NCBI GenBank assembly: GCA_963924565.1 | Contig: OZ004610.1 | Span: 4,650,001 to 4,714,000 of the forward strand | DNA from: Ascidiella aspersa | Taxonomy: Eukaryota | DNA length: 64,000 nt | Direction of reading: 5' to 3' | Shown here: positions 34,981 to 46,282 of the stretch, piece by piece | Layout of the letters: every line of letters starts with the position of its first letter | How positions within the stretch are numbered: the stretch's first letter is position 1 | Program-made: the position numbers and the translations under genes | Notes under the pieces: model-generated | Databases searched by the model: none | Told to the model about the DNA's origin: nothing | Seen by the model: only the letters and a program-made list of their open reading frames with translations

Positions 34981-36166
34981 CAAGTGGTAACAAGTATTTT
35001 GAAAGGACTTAAGCCAAGTCATCTTTGGGTAAATAGCAAGTCAAGTTCCAGTCAAGTAATTATTAGAGCAAGTCAACTCCAAGTCAAATTTCTAACATCA
35101 AATAAAACGATAAACCATTAAAGTTCGTGCACTCGTCCGATTTGAAGCAATATGTCAAATAGAAATAAGGAAAATTAACAATTGATAAAATTTGTTCGAT
35201 TATTATGAAACAGTTCAAGACAAACAGCTTAAAAAACAAATGGGTTAGTTATAAGTATTCCAAATACATATCTATTTATACCCGGTAACTCTGAAAGACT
35301 CTCGAGTACTTTTGATAAAGTTTAGTCTCCAGCGATTTTCCATAAAAAAACATTTGGGCCCAGTTTAACTTAATTCTTATCCATCTTATGTCAAAATAAC
35401 TCTTATGGTGATAAGAAATGTTCAAACTCATTTGGCTCAGAGAAATTCAATTGAAACATTCAATCATAATAAATAGAAAGTAAGTAAAATTAAAGGCGAC
35501 GCAATATTTTTGCATTCATCCCTGGTCATTTGCTTGAACGACAACGCTAAAAGTCTCAGCCCAATAGGCCTAGGGTGAAAAAAATTTCCAGTGGATCAAG
35601 TGCGCTCTATTAAGTCAACCATCATTTATTGAGACAATGAATTTGCCTTCTAGCTCGACATAAGGTTTTGCCAAGACGGCAGAATAATTCATGACTCGGT
35701 GTTCTTCATTGGGGAGCAAGTATAGATACGATCTTGGACATTTGAACACGTAAACATGCCATCGTACCTGGCCTAGACCTATAGACTTAGAACACTTCCA
35801 GATGAACTCACATTCCCTATGCTCAGTGTAATATTAAATGACTTGACTTAAGTGCATTTAAATCTCTGTTTTTAAATAACTTATCTGTAAAACAATTTGC
35901 ACATTAATTGTTGCGTTTTTCTTTTAGTTGTATTATCGCTCATACATTGACGAGCTTCGCAATGTTAATAGTTCAACGTTTTATTTTTATGCCAACGACT
36001 TGACTTTGAGTTGACTTGCTCTAATAATGACTTGACTTAGGTAGCTGATGACTTGACTGGAACTTGACTTGTTGTTCATTGCAAAAGACTTGACTTGGAC
36101 TTTTTCATTTTTCAAATAACTTGGACGAGATTAAATTCATTTCAAAATGTCTTGTGTACAACACTG
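34981..36166. mobile_element. ~1.2-kb non-autonomous DNA transposon with inverted subterminal AAGTC/GACTT arrays (family C)
   Basis: (CAAGT)n array at 35010-35090 mirrors (ACTTG)n at 35995-36100, including ATTATTAGAGCAAGTCAACTC vs GAGTTGACTTGCTCTAATAAT; right end TACAACACTG; fragments near 3900, 45130-45315, 55020 and 59190. Confidence 0.75.
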
Positions 36167-36238
36167 CCTATAATATGCTTTGATACGTGTACAGAGCTAA
36201 AATTGTTGAGAAACCAATGTTGATATTATACCTAACAC

Positions 36239-36560
36239 TAGGGACGTCGCCATGTCCGATAATATCGGACAGTCGATACCTGATGCCAAGTGGTAACAGC
36301 GATATTCGTCCGATATTAGAAAAGTATCGGTGCCGATCCAATACAAATTAAATGAAACAATTTAGCAATGGTTTTGCGATCTAACTGAGTGTTTTCACAC
36401 TGAAAGGTATTTTTTTCTTGGACTAGCCTATCAATAATTGAGGTGACTCATTCACTAGCGAAATCTTTACTTTTCAATTTGATAATTTTTTCCTGTTTAC
36501 CACAGGAATGACGTCATTTGGTACCAATCAGTATGAGTTTGTGTCGGCTTAGATTCGGAC
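36239..36560. mobile_element. hAT-Ac-like MITE fragment (family D)
   Basis: Starts TAGGGACG, contains GATACCTGATGCCAAGTGGTA also seen at 58503. Confidence 0.55.
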
Positions 36561-37889
36561 ACATTTTGAACCCAAAGTGCAATATTTCTTTCCATTCACA
36601 TTACATTTATAGTTTTCAGGTGTGGCTGTTAAACGTTTGTAACACACAGAATGTTTTACAAAGCTTTTTTGTGCATAACTGTAAGGCCTGAGAATGGCGA
36701 ACAGGATATAAAATTTCTTATTGAACTTTATTAACTCGATTATGGTGGTCAAACGAAAGAAACATAAATTATTATATTATGCAACAAAACTGTATCGGCT
36801 TCAATAAATTGCCGTTCACTTTAAAATTTCGTTGAAATTTTGTTGGAAATTGCATCCGAAAATATTAATTGTCTTTACTTTATCTTATTCAAGGAAATAA
36901 TATACTGAGAATATACCGAGAGCCAGTAGAGTTAACTCTGCGGGTATAGTTTAGTGACCTCTAAACTATGCGAAGATAGAAAAATCCCGCGCTTACTTAC
37001 TGCCAATGCAATTTCCTTGCCGCGCTGGGTTTCAGTTGAGGCAAGCCTTACATCATCGGTCGAGAGATAATTAATTGCACTTTCCTCGCGTTGATTGCAC
37101 CAAGATTTTATCCACGTAAGAGAAAAAACCCGGGTAGAATTCCCCGCACACCTGATAAATCCTTATAAGCGCCTCCATCAATTTCGCTGTGTTTTGTTTT
37201 GCGTTAGTTTTAAACCGGTCACGAGACTTGTGACTGAAAGTCAGCAATGATGCCGCGATCAAAGGTATGACGTCACTAGGTGTCATAAACATGTGGCGTT
37301 GCGACACATTTTACTTTGCCCCGTCACGGTATTCCTGAATTTCCTGAAGCTTGTAATTTTTGCACTTGCAATAATAGGGCGTTGCTTTAGTAAACTAAAT
37401 ATTAGTTTAAAGCAACGACATTTTAATGTTTGCTGTAAAAATAGGGTTTTTCTGGAAAAGCTAAGGCAAAAGTTAACGCGCTGGCGACCAGATTGCTTAT
37501 AGTTGGCATTCTGTACGTATAGTTGACAGTTCAGGGTGGATAAGCGACAACGATTTTGCGACGATTAAGCAAGTCCTCTTAAACACTTCCGATGAGCATA
37601 TCTCGAAATCGATCTGCAATCCATTTGCCCTATTGGATCGACGATATTTCTTATTCGTCAAACGACAACTTCTTTTAATGACTGTAAGATTCAATAAACT
37701 TTATGCTTTGATGTATAAATCACATATCTCAAATGTGCTTTAAATCCTGCCCTATCATCAGATTTCAAGTGTTAAAAAAATAACAAAAGTTTAACAAACT
37801 TAACAAAAAAATAAACCAAGATTAACACAGAAGTTCATAGGTTGTGTGCAACCCGCAAAAAACTTACTAACAAAATTCCAGGTCGGGAT

Positions 37890-38391
37890 CAGTGGCGGTT
37901 CCAGGATTTTTGTTTAGGGGGGTGCATCAAAACATATTTAGGGATAATGCAACTAATGACACTGAAACGTGACGTAAAGTTACGTCCAAACGTAATGTCA
38001 GAAAGATTCATTCGAATTAAGAATATTAGCAGAACTGACGATGCTTTTTGCGTAACTATAGTATTCTGCTTTTGTTGAATAAAGTTGTTTTGGATCTTTT
38101 TTACAACCTTTGTGGTTTCGCTTGAACAATGTCATAAAGTTACAGTCAATATGCCCCTTAAAGGTCTACTCATATAAAAAAAAAGCGAATATTCCTCGTA
38201 AAATATACTAACAATCTTGGATCACCCCGAAATATGGTAAATAATGGGATATTCACAATTGAAAAAAGCATTTATTGGTGTGGTGTTCGAGTTTCACAAA
38301 TTTTAGTTAAGGAAGATTGTTTTTGCCTTTGACATTACTTAAGGCCCGAAAGGTCTAATTATAACTGCGTCGCTTATGGAACCGCCAATTG
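37890..38391. mobile_element. MITE with CAGTGGCGGTTCCA / TGGAACCGCCAATTG termini
   Basis: Inverted termini seen; TSD not clear. Confidence 0.55.
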
Positions 38392-39508
38392 CAGCTTGTT
38401 TTTCTTGTGACGGAAATAAATTGGTCGCGACTAGTCACTATTGCCTTAAATAGCCACGAGTGCTATGCTTGTGTCTGAACTATGCTTACGGCGGATGTGT
38501 CAATCAGAGGTTCGTTGTTGGCAATATCTGCAAATGTTAAATTCTCAGGGTCAGAGTCCGGTCTTGTTTACGTCCTTGGTGTTGTACGATTCATTATTGG
38601 CCGTCTGTGTGGTTGTTTTTGTTCGCATATGCCATAAGGTGATATCGATTTTTTGTCTAGAAAAACATTGATGCCTGAATTATTTTCTAGAACAGAGTCA
38701 CACGTTATAAATTAGAATATTTGGAGTAACTATAGGATAAGAAGGGCATTGAAATCTAATGAGAATGTGGATAATGACCAATTGGTCATATCTTGCACAA
38801 TGATCTTTCTAATTGCTCTGATTGTAAGGTTAAAGAGAATATTGTAAATGCATTAAACTGGCGAACGTGACTTCGAACAATTAATGACCTTAACTTCAAG
38901 GTTAAGACAAGTAATAAAATTAGAAACTGAAAATCAGATTGTTACGAATGCAAAAGATAAAAATATTCCATTCCCATATGAGGAACTTCAGTAGCGAAAA
39001 ACACGACCAAATGTAAACCAACAAGTACAAGAAAGTGACAACTCAAACTATAGTGTTCCAGCAAAGTGGTGCACTGCCCAAGCCACAACCTGCAACTGAC
39101 AAAGATGCAACCAGTAAAATGGACGTCACAATCGTCACATACACATAACGCCATAAAGTCAATGGAATAAAAAATAGGGCAAAGTAATGTGGAAAAAAAA
39201 GACTACCGGTATGTAACACAAAGTCAAATATTTGTTTGCATATTAATACTAGCATTTATAAGAATACACCATTTCTTCTCAGAGTTTTGAGTGCAAATAA
39301 TTCGGTATTTACGTCGCGTGTTGTTGTATGTCGCAATGTTGTTAAAAACAAAGCGCGAATGTTCTAGAAATGCTTACACACGCAGTTAACGCCTCTTAAA
39401 AGGCAAGTGCCCTTAAATGCTGCAAGGTCACGACCTCTGAAATGGCAATACGTAACTCTCCGGGTGAGATTAGCGCGTAAAATAACAACTGCGAAATCGA
39501 TATGCACT

Positions 39509-39725
39509 CAGGGACGCCGGAGCGATTTCAGGGCAAGGGGGGCGACTTTTTTGGTAAGGGCAACCCCCCCGGAAAAATGTTTGCGGCCACGCCCTCTAGA
39601 TTGGCTTAAAATGGTACCAAAAATGTTTCTTTTCATGAAAAGGGCACTTTTGCCCCCCCCTCGCCCCCTTAGCAAAGGGCAGGAGGGGCGCTTGTCCCCC
39701 CCGCCCCCCCTCTCCGGCGTCCCTG
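39509..39725. mobile_element. hAT-type MITE, 217 bp, perfect 14-bp TIR CAGGGACGCCGGAG and perfect 8-bp TSD TATGCACT
   Basis: TIRs at 39509-39522 and 39712-39725; TATGCACT at 39501-39508 and 39726-39733. Confidence 0.92.
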
Positions 39726-40561
39726 TATGCACTTTTGGTGTGACTCGGCAAAATCGAAGCACGACATGACATTTAAAACGCTCTCCAATTAAAATCGATC
39801 AGAAGGACTTGTAGTGAGATAAATGGGTTGTTTTCGCGCTGGTTTCGATAATAAAGAAATTGTCAGGTGCTCTGGATTAGCTGTTCAGCAGAACTGGTTG
39901 TTGTTCGGTAAAATAACAAAACCAGGGCTCCGTGTAAACTTGGTTTTCCGGCAAAATGCTTTTTTAGCTTACCATTCTGCTTTTCCCGAACCTAAAACAA
40001 CCCTAGGTAAATTTGTGGCCCTATTTATTAAAGCATAAAAGTGATTGGCACAAAACTTAGGCCTACTGGAAATATTTAGTAAACTAAAAAAAAAACTTTG
40101 CACAGGATGTTGGGATTAATATTGAACGTCAAATCCCTTAGTAATTCCAATTATTAAAGGGGCAAATCTCTCTACATATTGGTCATGTATATGAGTAGAC
40201 CACAGGCCCGAACAGACTTAGCCACACATAGAGAATACTTTATTCTTTTTCCTGTATCGAATATTTTCGCAAAAGTATATTAGTACAAAGTAGAATCTTT
40301 TCGTTGTTAAATTTATTTAATTTACCCGAAAAAAAAAAATTGTGTTTATTTTGCAAATAAAAATGAACAAATAATACCAAAGAGATTATGTTATAATCTC
40401 TTTGAATAATACTATTGGAAAAAGTTATTTTAAAGTATTAAACGATTAAAAAGATTTCACCTGATTGGACACAAAATGGCTTTTAAATTAAATGGAGCAT
40501 TTTCCCATAAGTGTGATAATAAAATCAGTGGGAGGTATTATTGCAGCAAAACTTTGCAGAA

Positions 40562-40691
40562 ATGGGTTTTAAACGCGTAATCTTTTTTGCTCTAGTTGGG
40601 TCGTTCATGCTCCATTATTATGTCGGTGTTCCTGATATGACTTACGCCTTGAAGGTGAAGTTTGTTAAATATACAGCATTTCAGTATTCCG
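40562..40691 (+). CDS. SIGMAR1: Sigma-1-like exon 1 (MGFKRVIFFALVGSFMLHYYVGVP...QYS)
   Basis: ATG, hydrophobic TM segment, donor TCCG|GTAAGT. Confidence 0.8.
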
Positions 40692-43600
40692 GTAAGTTTT
40701 TCATTGAATTATTTCATCAAACCCGACTCCGCAGTCATGGTTGTAACACTGACTAAATGACTTAAATCCAATAAATCGGTGGCCCAAATCAAGTTACTAT
40801 GAAATAAATTGGGCGCTGGTTAAGAATCCTACTACAACGCACATTATTTGGGTTAGGGTGCGGGGTTAGCGTTTGGGTTAGGATTGGTCAAGCATTATTA
40901 TTAAATAATGAATATAACCATACTTGACCCACCCACACCCAAAGGCTAACTCGCACCCTAACCCAAATATTGTGCGTTAATTTAATAATTGTTGTAGGAT
41001 TGTAGACCAGCGCCGTAAATTGCCTTGTTTACATTTTTTTTGGCAAAATGCTTAGAGCCAAGTCATTAGGACAAATGCTGTGACTTTTTGTGTAGGCAAT
41101 GACTCAATTTCATTAGAATAAACTCATTTTTTCTTACTTTAAACTCGTAGAACAGTATTCCTGTTTTGCATTATTTGTATGATTTAGTAAAACTCATTTG
41201 AATTACCTTAACTCAATTATATAACTTGATGAGGTTGTTGAATAGCCTTAAAAAGTGCCTATTGGCCTTGACCTGATATTATTTCACAGATTAATGTTGA
41301 TAAATTTAATTAAACTACTTTAGAAAAATATATAAAAAGCAAAAACGAAGTTTGAGCTAAACCTAATGCAATAAACTAGGCCAGTCAGTGATTTAACTTG
41401 AGTGCACAGTTGCTCTTTCAATTAATTTAACAAAAAAAATGTAAGTCTTAATACAAAATGCCTAGACGTAACAAACAACAAGTTATATAATTATGTTGCA
41501 GGTTACAAGTATTCATCAAGGCATTTAAGGGAAAATTTTGGAAGAGAATATCCCAGGAGCATTTTGAGGAATGAAGAATGGATACAATCTAACACAGGTT
41601 GCTGTCAAAGATATATATATTTGTTTTTTTACTTTTTTTTTTGAGAAAAGTTTTTCTTAACCGTTGTACTATGAAATTGTTTCTGATGTCCTAAATCTTA
41701 AAAAAAAACTTTTGCGTGTTATTTTTAAATGCTGTTAGACAAGAAAAATTTTGTCCAAGTTTGACAGATTGAACACTTTGGTTATTGTGCTAGGGAAATG
41801 TTTATGTAGCCTAAAATTAGGTAACTGTCGTAAAGTTTCTGCTAAAATTTGCGCAGCTATAATATCGTTATTTCTGAAAATAAAGTACTATATACAGAAA
41901 ACCCTAAGAGCAACGGTAGTTTTGCATGTTTGAACAATTTTTTACTGCTGAACCCATTTTACAACGATTTTCTATGAAACCGCTACAACTGAAAGTGCAA
42001 CTACACAGGGAAAAACCCATAAATCGCAGCACAGGCCTAACTTTTCAACCTGGTATGTCTGTAGCCAAATCTGCATTTCATATAATTTAGGGCAAAATTT
42101 CTGCTGTGCAGTGTTACATTTGCATGTGTGCAACTAATGTTTTTTTGCGAACTTGAAATGTTCAATGCTAACATTGCATTAAAATTTAGGTGCAAAACAC
42201 ACATTTATTTGAAACAAAAACTTATTTCAAAAATCTCTTGACAGTGTGTACCTTTCGCAAAATAACTGGTCTGTTGTTAAATGCTAGTTACCCTACAAAA
42301 AGGTATTGCTTTTGCATCAATTTTCAATGTAAACTTTATATTTTATTGCTGTCTGTCTAACTAACTTGAAAAATGTATCTTCAGGTGGTCTGCAAGGGTC
42401 TGTTTCTATCCTGTACGCTTCCTTGCGTGAAATACTTGTGTTGTATCATGCTGAAGTCGAAACTTCTGGAAACACTGGTAAGAAAGTGTTTTCCAAAATC
42501 TATCTTTAGCAAACGCAAGCTGCTACCATACAGGTTAAAAATATTAGCTTTTCCAGCTTACCATGTGTTCAAGCCTTTTTATAGATAAATATGTTTTTTT
42601 AAAATATAAAGTGTATAAGAGTATATTTTTTCTTAATTACCATTTTTCAAAGGACGTCACCTCATGAACATCTCTGCAACAGTACTTAAAGGTGGAATGA
42701 CATATTCTTCGAGCAATTTAAGAAGTGCAAAATCTCTAGCTGAAGGTTGAGTTGGTTTTATTGTATTTTTAACGGCTGAACCTTAATATTTTTCAGTGTT
42801 TTATGTTATGACCAAACAATAAAAAGCTATTATTTTATGACCAAGGTGTAGGTAGCAAACTTGTCAAGGCATTACTTCTAATTTTTTGCAGTGAACTTTG
42901 TGACATTTAAAGTTATTTATCAAATAAATAATTTCTACTTGTTTGTAATGAGCAAAATTAGTTAGTAGTGTCTTGTTAATTTTACAAATGATTTTCTAAT
43001 GTTTTAATCTGGTATAATCATACTAGTTTATGTTCTCAGATCGTGTTTTTAGTTAGACTTTTTTTAATTGCATTACAATGGCAAATTATTGAAGAAGCAT
43101 TTTATTTTTCTATAACAAGCAAAAACAGTAAAGGATATCTAAATAAAACTCGTTTTTTACTAGTTGCCAAGCGTTATTACCACACTCGGATTTTGCTAAT
43201 AGCCAGTTTCTAACCTTCTATTTTTTCATAATTTTTACTTTTGAGATGAAAATTGCTGTATTAGATTGTAAATCGTGGTTGAAATCTGATGGTATTATAT
43301 AGGCACTGATCTCATCATAGTATTGGTAGATATAGATAATATTACTTGCCATTGGGTATTGAATCTGATCCGATATTAACAAATATTGACATAACACCGC
43401 CATTAACTTTTGTTTTTTTGATTTTCAGGTGAAAATACAGTTTTTCGCATGGGAGATTCTTCTGTGGTTAAACTGTCAAGCAAGACGACTATTTTGATCT
43501 ACGGGCGCGGTTACGTTCCACTAACAATGGGTTATTGGCTTTCCGACTCGTTATTCAGCCTTCATGACCCAATACTGGCTATCAACACAATATGGATGTA

Positions 43601-44725
43601 CATTAAAGGTAACCTAAATTTTAAAGTTTAACATTTGAATATTTTTTTATTAGTATAGTGCAGTGTCAGGTTTTTGTGTGAAAGTTATAACACAAATCTA
43701 AACCTCATATTGCCACACAGTATCAGGCTTCTGGCATAAAAAATCTAACCATTAAAAAGGCTTAAAAAAGGGAGTTTTTAGAAACAATTTTAAATCAGTA
43801 TTTAAATACCTTCATATAAAGAAAAGATTGCTTCTGACTGGCAAAAAATTGTGAAATATATACAGAGACTTAACACAGAAAAACTGATAAGTATTGCAAT
43901 TTTTAAAATTACATATCCCAGCGGAGATTACAAAAAAAATAATTTTTAATTCTCAAACTGTGGTTGTGCGTCATTTTAATTTTTCAAGGGCGACTCACAA
44001 TAATTCCGTTTCATATCGAAACTCAATTAGCAGTAATACACGCTTTCAGATATTATTGTCTCCTGACATTTGTATTAAACTCATGGTTACGAGAAAACTG
44101 CACAAGTTGGGATCATTTTGTGATACAACACTTTTCGCAGTGTGTGTCACAAGTCCAAAATTGTAGTTGAGTTACAATGCCCATTCTGATTATAAAAGCA
44201 TTATAGAACACTAGTATCGCAAATTTCTTAGTATCGCAAAAAAATTTATTTAAAGGAATTATCTCCTATTGTGTCCTATACTGAAATGGCTTGTAACGTT
44301 AAAAAATGTTTTTCAATTTCTATAATTCCTTGTTTTTAATTTAAAATTATGCCAAAGCTATCACCAGAAATAGTCTGAGAGCCACTGCCATAAATCAATA
44401 ATATTGAATTTAGGAAACAACCATTTAATTGGTGATTCACTGGTTAAGCTTTAAACATTTTAAACATGTATACATTTGTTCTGAAAATAGTCAAAAGTAA
44501 ATCTTTTTTATTTTTTTAGCTGCTTCAGTCGGCGATGCAACCTTTTGGGAATGGTTGGACAATGTCAGGAATTATTTACTAAACGTGTCACAAAACGGGG
44601 TGCAGTACTTCTATGAGAGCGGCTACCACGCCGTTACGCACATGCCAGAGACATTAAACAGCCTATTAAGTTGGTTGTTAAACCTACTGGTGGATATTAA
44701 AGATAAGCTTGTCTCGCTGGTGTGA
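40562..44725 (+). CDS. SIGMAR1: Sigma-1 receptor / ERG2 family protein, divergent; join(40562..40691,41502..41597,42385..42477,42653..42745,43429..43608,44520..44725), 265 aa
   Basis: N-terminal TM helix, QYSG (human QYAG), EWIQSNTGG (QWVFVNAGG), LYASLRE (LHASLSE), SGNTGR (RGHSGR), YGRG..P.T......D.LFS..D ([23 protein letters not shown]). Three intron positions and a 93-nt exon coincide with human SIGMAR1 as I recall it. Confidence 0.88.
40812..41014. mobile_element. Foldback MITE (family A) in sigma-1-like intron 1
   Basis: Same termini and arms as the 51752 copy; TSD ATAAATTG/GTAAATTG (7/8). Confidence 0.88.
41502..41597 (+). CDS. SIGMAR1: Sigma-1-like exon 2 (GYKYSSRHLRENFGREYPRSILRNEEWIQSNT)
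   Basis: Acceptor atgttgcag, donor ACAG|GTTGCT; only the phase-1 frame is open. Confidence 0.82.
42385..42477 (+). CDS. SIGMAR1: Sigma-1-like exon 3 (GGLQGSVSILYASLREILVLYHAEVETSGNT)
   Basis: Acceptor tcttcag, donor ACTG|GTAAGA. Confidence 0.87.
42653..42745 (+). CDS. SIGMAR1: Sigma-1-like exon 4 (GRHLMNISATVLKGGMTYSSSNLRSAKSLAE)
   Basis: Acceptor tttttcaaag, donor GAAG|GTTGAG; 93 nt like human exon 3. Confidence 0.85.
43429..43608 (+). CDS. SIGMAR1: Sigma-1-like exon 5 (GENTVFRMGDSS...IYGRGYVP...WMYIK)
   Basis: Acceptor attttcag, donor AAAG|GTAACC; YGRG motif. Confidence 0.88.
44520..44725 (+). CDS. SIGMAR1: Sigma-1-like terminal exon 6 (AASVGDATFWEWLDNVRNYLL...KLVSLV*)
   Basis: Acceptor tttttttag; 68 open codons in the required phase within AT-rich DNA; TGA 44723-44725. 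Confidence 0.78.
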
Positions 44726-45889
44726 GGTTGTTACTGCTATGCACATTTTTTTATTTTTAGCAGAAATGTACTTGGAGGTATATTAAAGGTTAGGGTATGT
44801 CTGGTGATGTAGGGTTGGTAACTTAGAACGTGGTACGGTACCATCATTCCTTGTTTTGAAAATTTATACATTGTTTTAAACCACTGCCTGGTGATTAGGG
44901 CTACAGAGTCTGTTTAAAACAACCAGAGTTTCAAGTCCCATCTCCGGTAAATTTGCTGATTCCAATGAGTCAAGATTGCATTGTATGCTAAAAAATAAGA
45001 TTCTTTATTTTTGTTGGCCAATATTTTTATTCTACCGTGTTAAAATGCCTGTCACTTATTTTTTTACATTTTTCTTGTAAAAGCTTTTTATTATTATATG
45101 CACAAGAGATTTTGGAAACGACTTAATTCAATGTAAGTCTCAGTCAGGTCATTATGAGAGCAAGTCAACTTCAAGACAAGTTATTGACATAAAACGGTAA
45201 ACTAATAATTTGTCGCCGAAAACCTATTTAATTTTAGCACTTAAGTCAAATAACATTAGTCCAAGTCAAGTCATTTTTTCAAAAGAATACATTGCCTTGA
45301 GTCAACACAACACTGATACTGTACATCTAAATTTTTTTTTTTTTGCAAATATTCTAACTGTTTGTAATCTAGTTTTTGTATGCTGAAAAAGAGACCGTTT
45401 TTGCTTACATATCAACAAGTTGCAGTTTTCTTTCTTTCCGTAATTGCAAACTACTGTTTATAAAATTTTATTACTCGAATAAACATAACAAAACAAACAA
45501 AGTGGGTGATTGGAGCATGAAAAATTTTCAAAAAAGAGGAAAGAAAACGTGTTTTGAAGTTGTGTGACAGAAAACTCTTAAGACCGATTTATCTTGTTAT
45601 CCACCAAACTTTAAAAACATCTCAAGTTTAAGGAGTTACTTATATTTAGAAGAAAATAGACTTTACAAGAAAAGCTTTATCAAAGGAATTTGCAATGTAA
45701 AAAACTCTACAATGGATTAACGTTAACACCAAACCCCTGTTTCAATCAAATTTTTGTTTATAATCGTATAAGACCCATGATGTTTCTTTAATTCGACCAA
45801 ACTTCCAGCAGCTAGTTATCACCATAGACCAGGGATTTACAATAATATAGGATCGAAGCTGATGCCATGTGGTGTTATTGATGTTTGCT

Positions 45890-46130
45890 AATACTAGCGT
45901 ACAATCGGTGCTGGTCTGATACCAAATTAATATAGCAATTTCAGCCATGACAACCGCAGCTCTTTTACTATTGAAGGTAAATTTATCAAAAAATTGTAAA
46001 TGAACAACTGGAGGTAAACAAACTTATCAACGCTGAAGCCAATTTAGGACTAATAACCTAGAAAAAATACATTAGAACAGTTCAAGTTTATCAATTTTGC
46101 ACTATGAAGCATAGTAATAATGACATATGA
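45890..46130. mobile_element. Family D repeat copy, homologous to 55690-55920
   Basis: Shared GATAC(C/T)AAATTAATATAG(C/G)AATTTCAGCCAT...AAGGTAA(A/T)TTTATCAAAA. Confidence 0.65.
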
Positions 46131-46153
46131 TAACGGTTTGTTATACTTTGTGT

Positions 46154-46282
46154 CTACCATAGACCTCTTCCCCAGCAATGGTAAAGTAAAATAACGTGCC
46201 TTTTCACGGGGTTTACAATCAAGTAAGCAAAGTTCTGTTCGTGTTCTTCTAAACTTGGGTAAACCAATTTTCCATCTCCATC
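46154..46282 (-). CDS. CFAP300: CFAP300 terminal exon 7
   Basis: DGDGKLVYPSLEEHEQNFAYLIVNPVKRHVILLYHCWGRGLW*. Confidence 0.88.
   Translation of the reverse strand, partial: DGDGKLVYPSLEEHEQNFAYLIVNPVKRHVILLYHCWGRGLW

Noticed and set aside
35590-35830. Transposase remnant (DELTFPMLS resembles the hAT dimerisation region)
   Set aside because: Too short, stops in every frame; not supportable without an HMM search
38940-39260. Coding-looking A/C-rich stretch upstream of the sigma-1-like gene
   Set aside because: All frames interrupted; no motif or convincing splice sites
40655-40660. Alternative donor AAG|GTGAAG in sigma-1-like exon 1
   Set aside because: Phase 0 leads to a stop within 9 codons of exon 2; the 40692 donor restores the frame and the ancestral position
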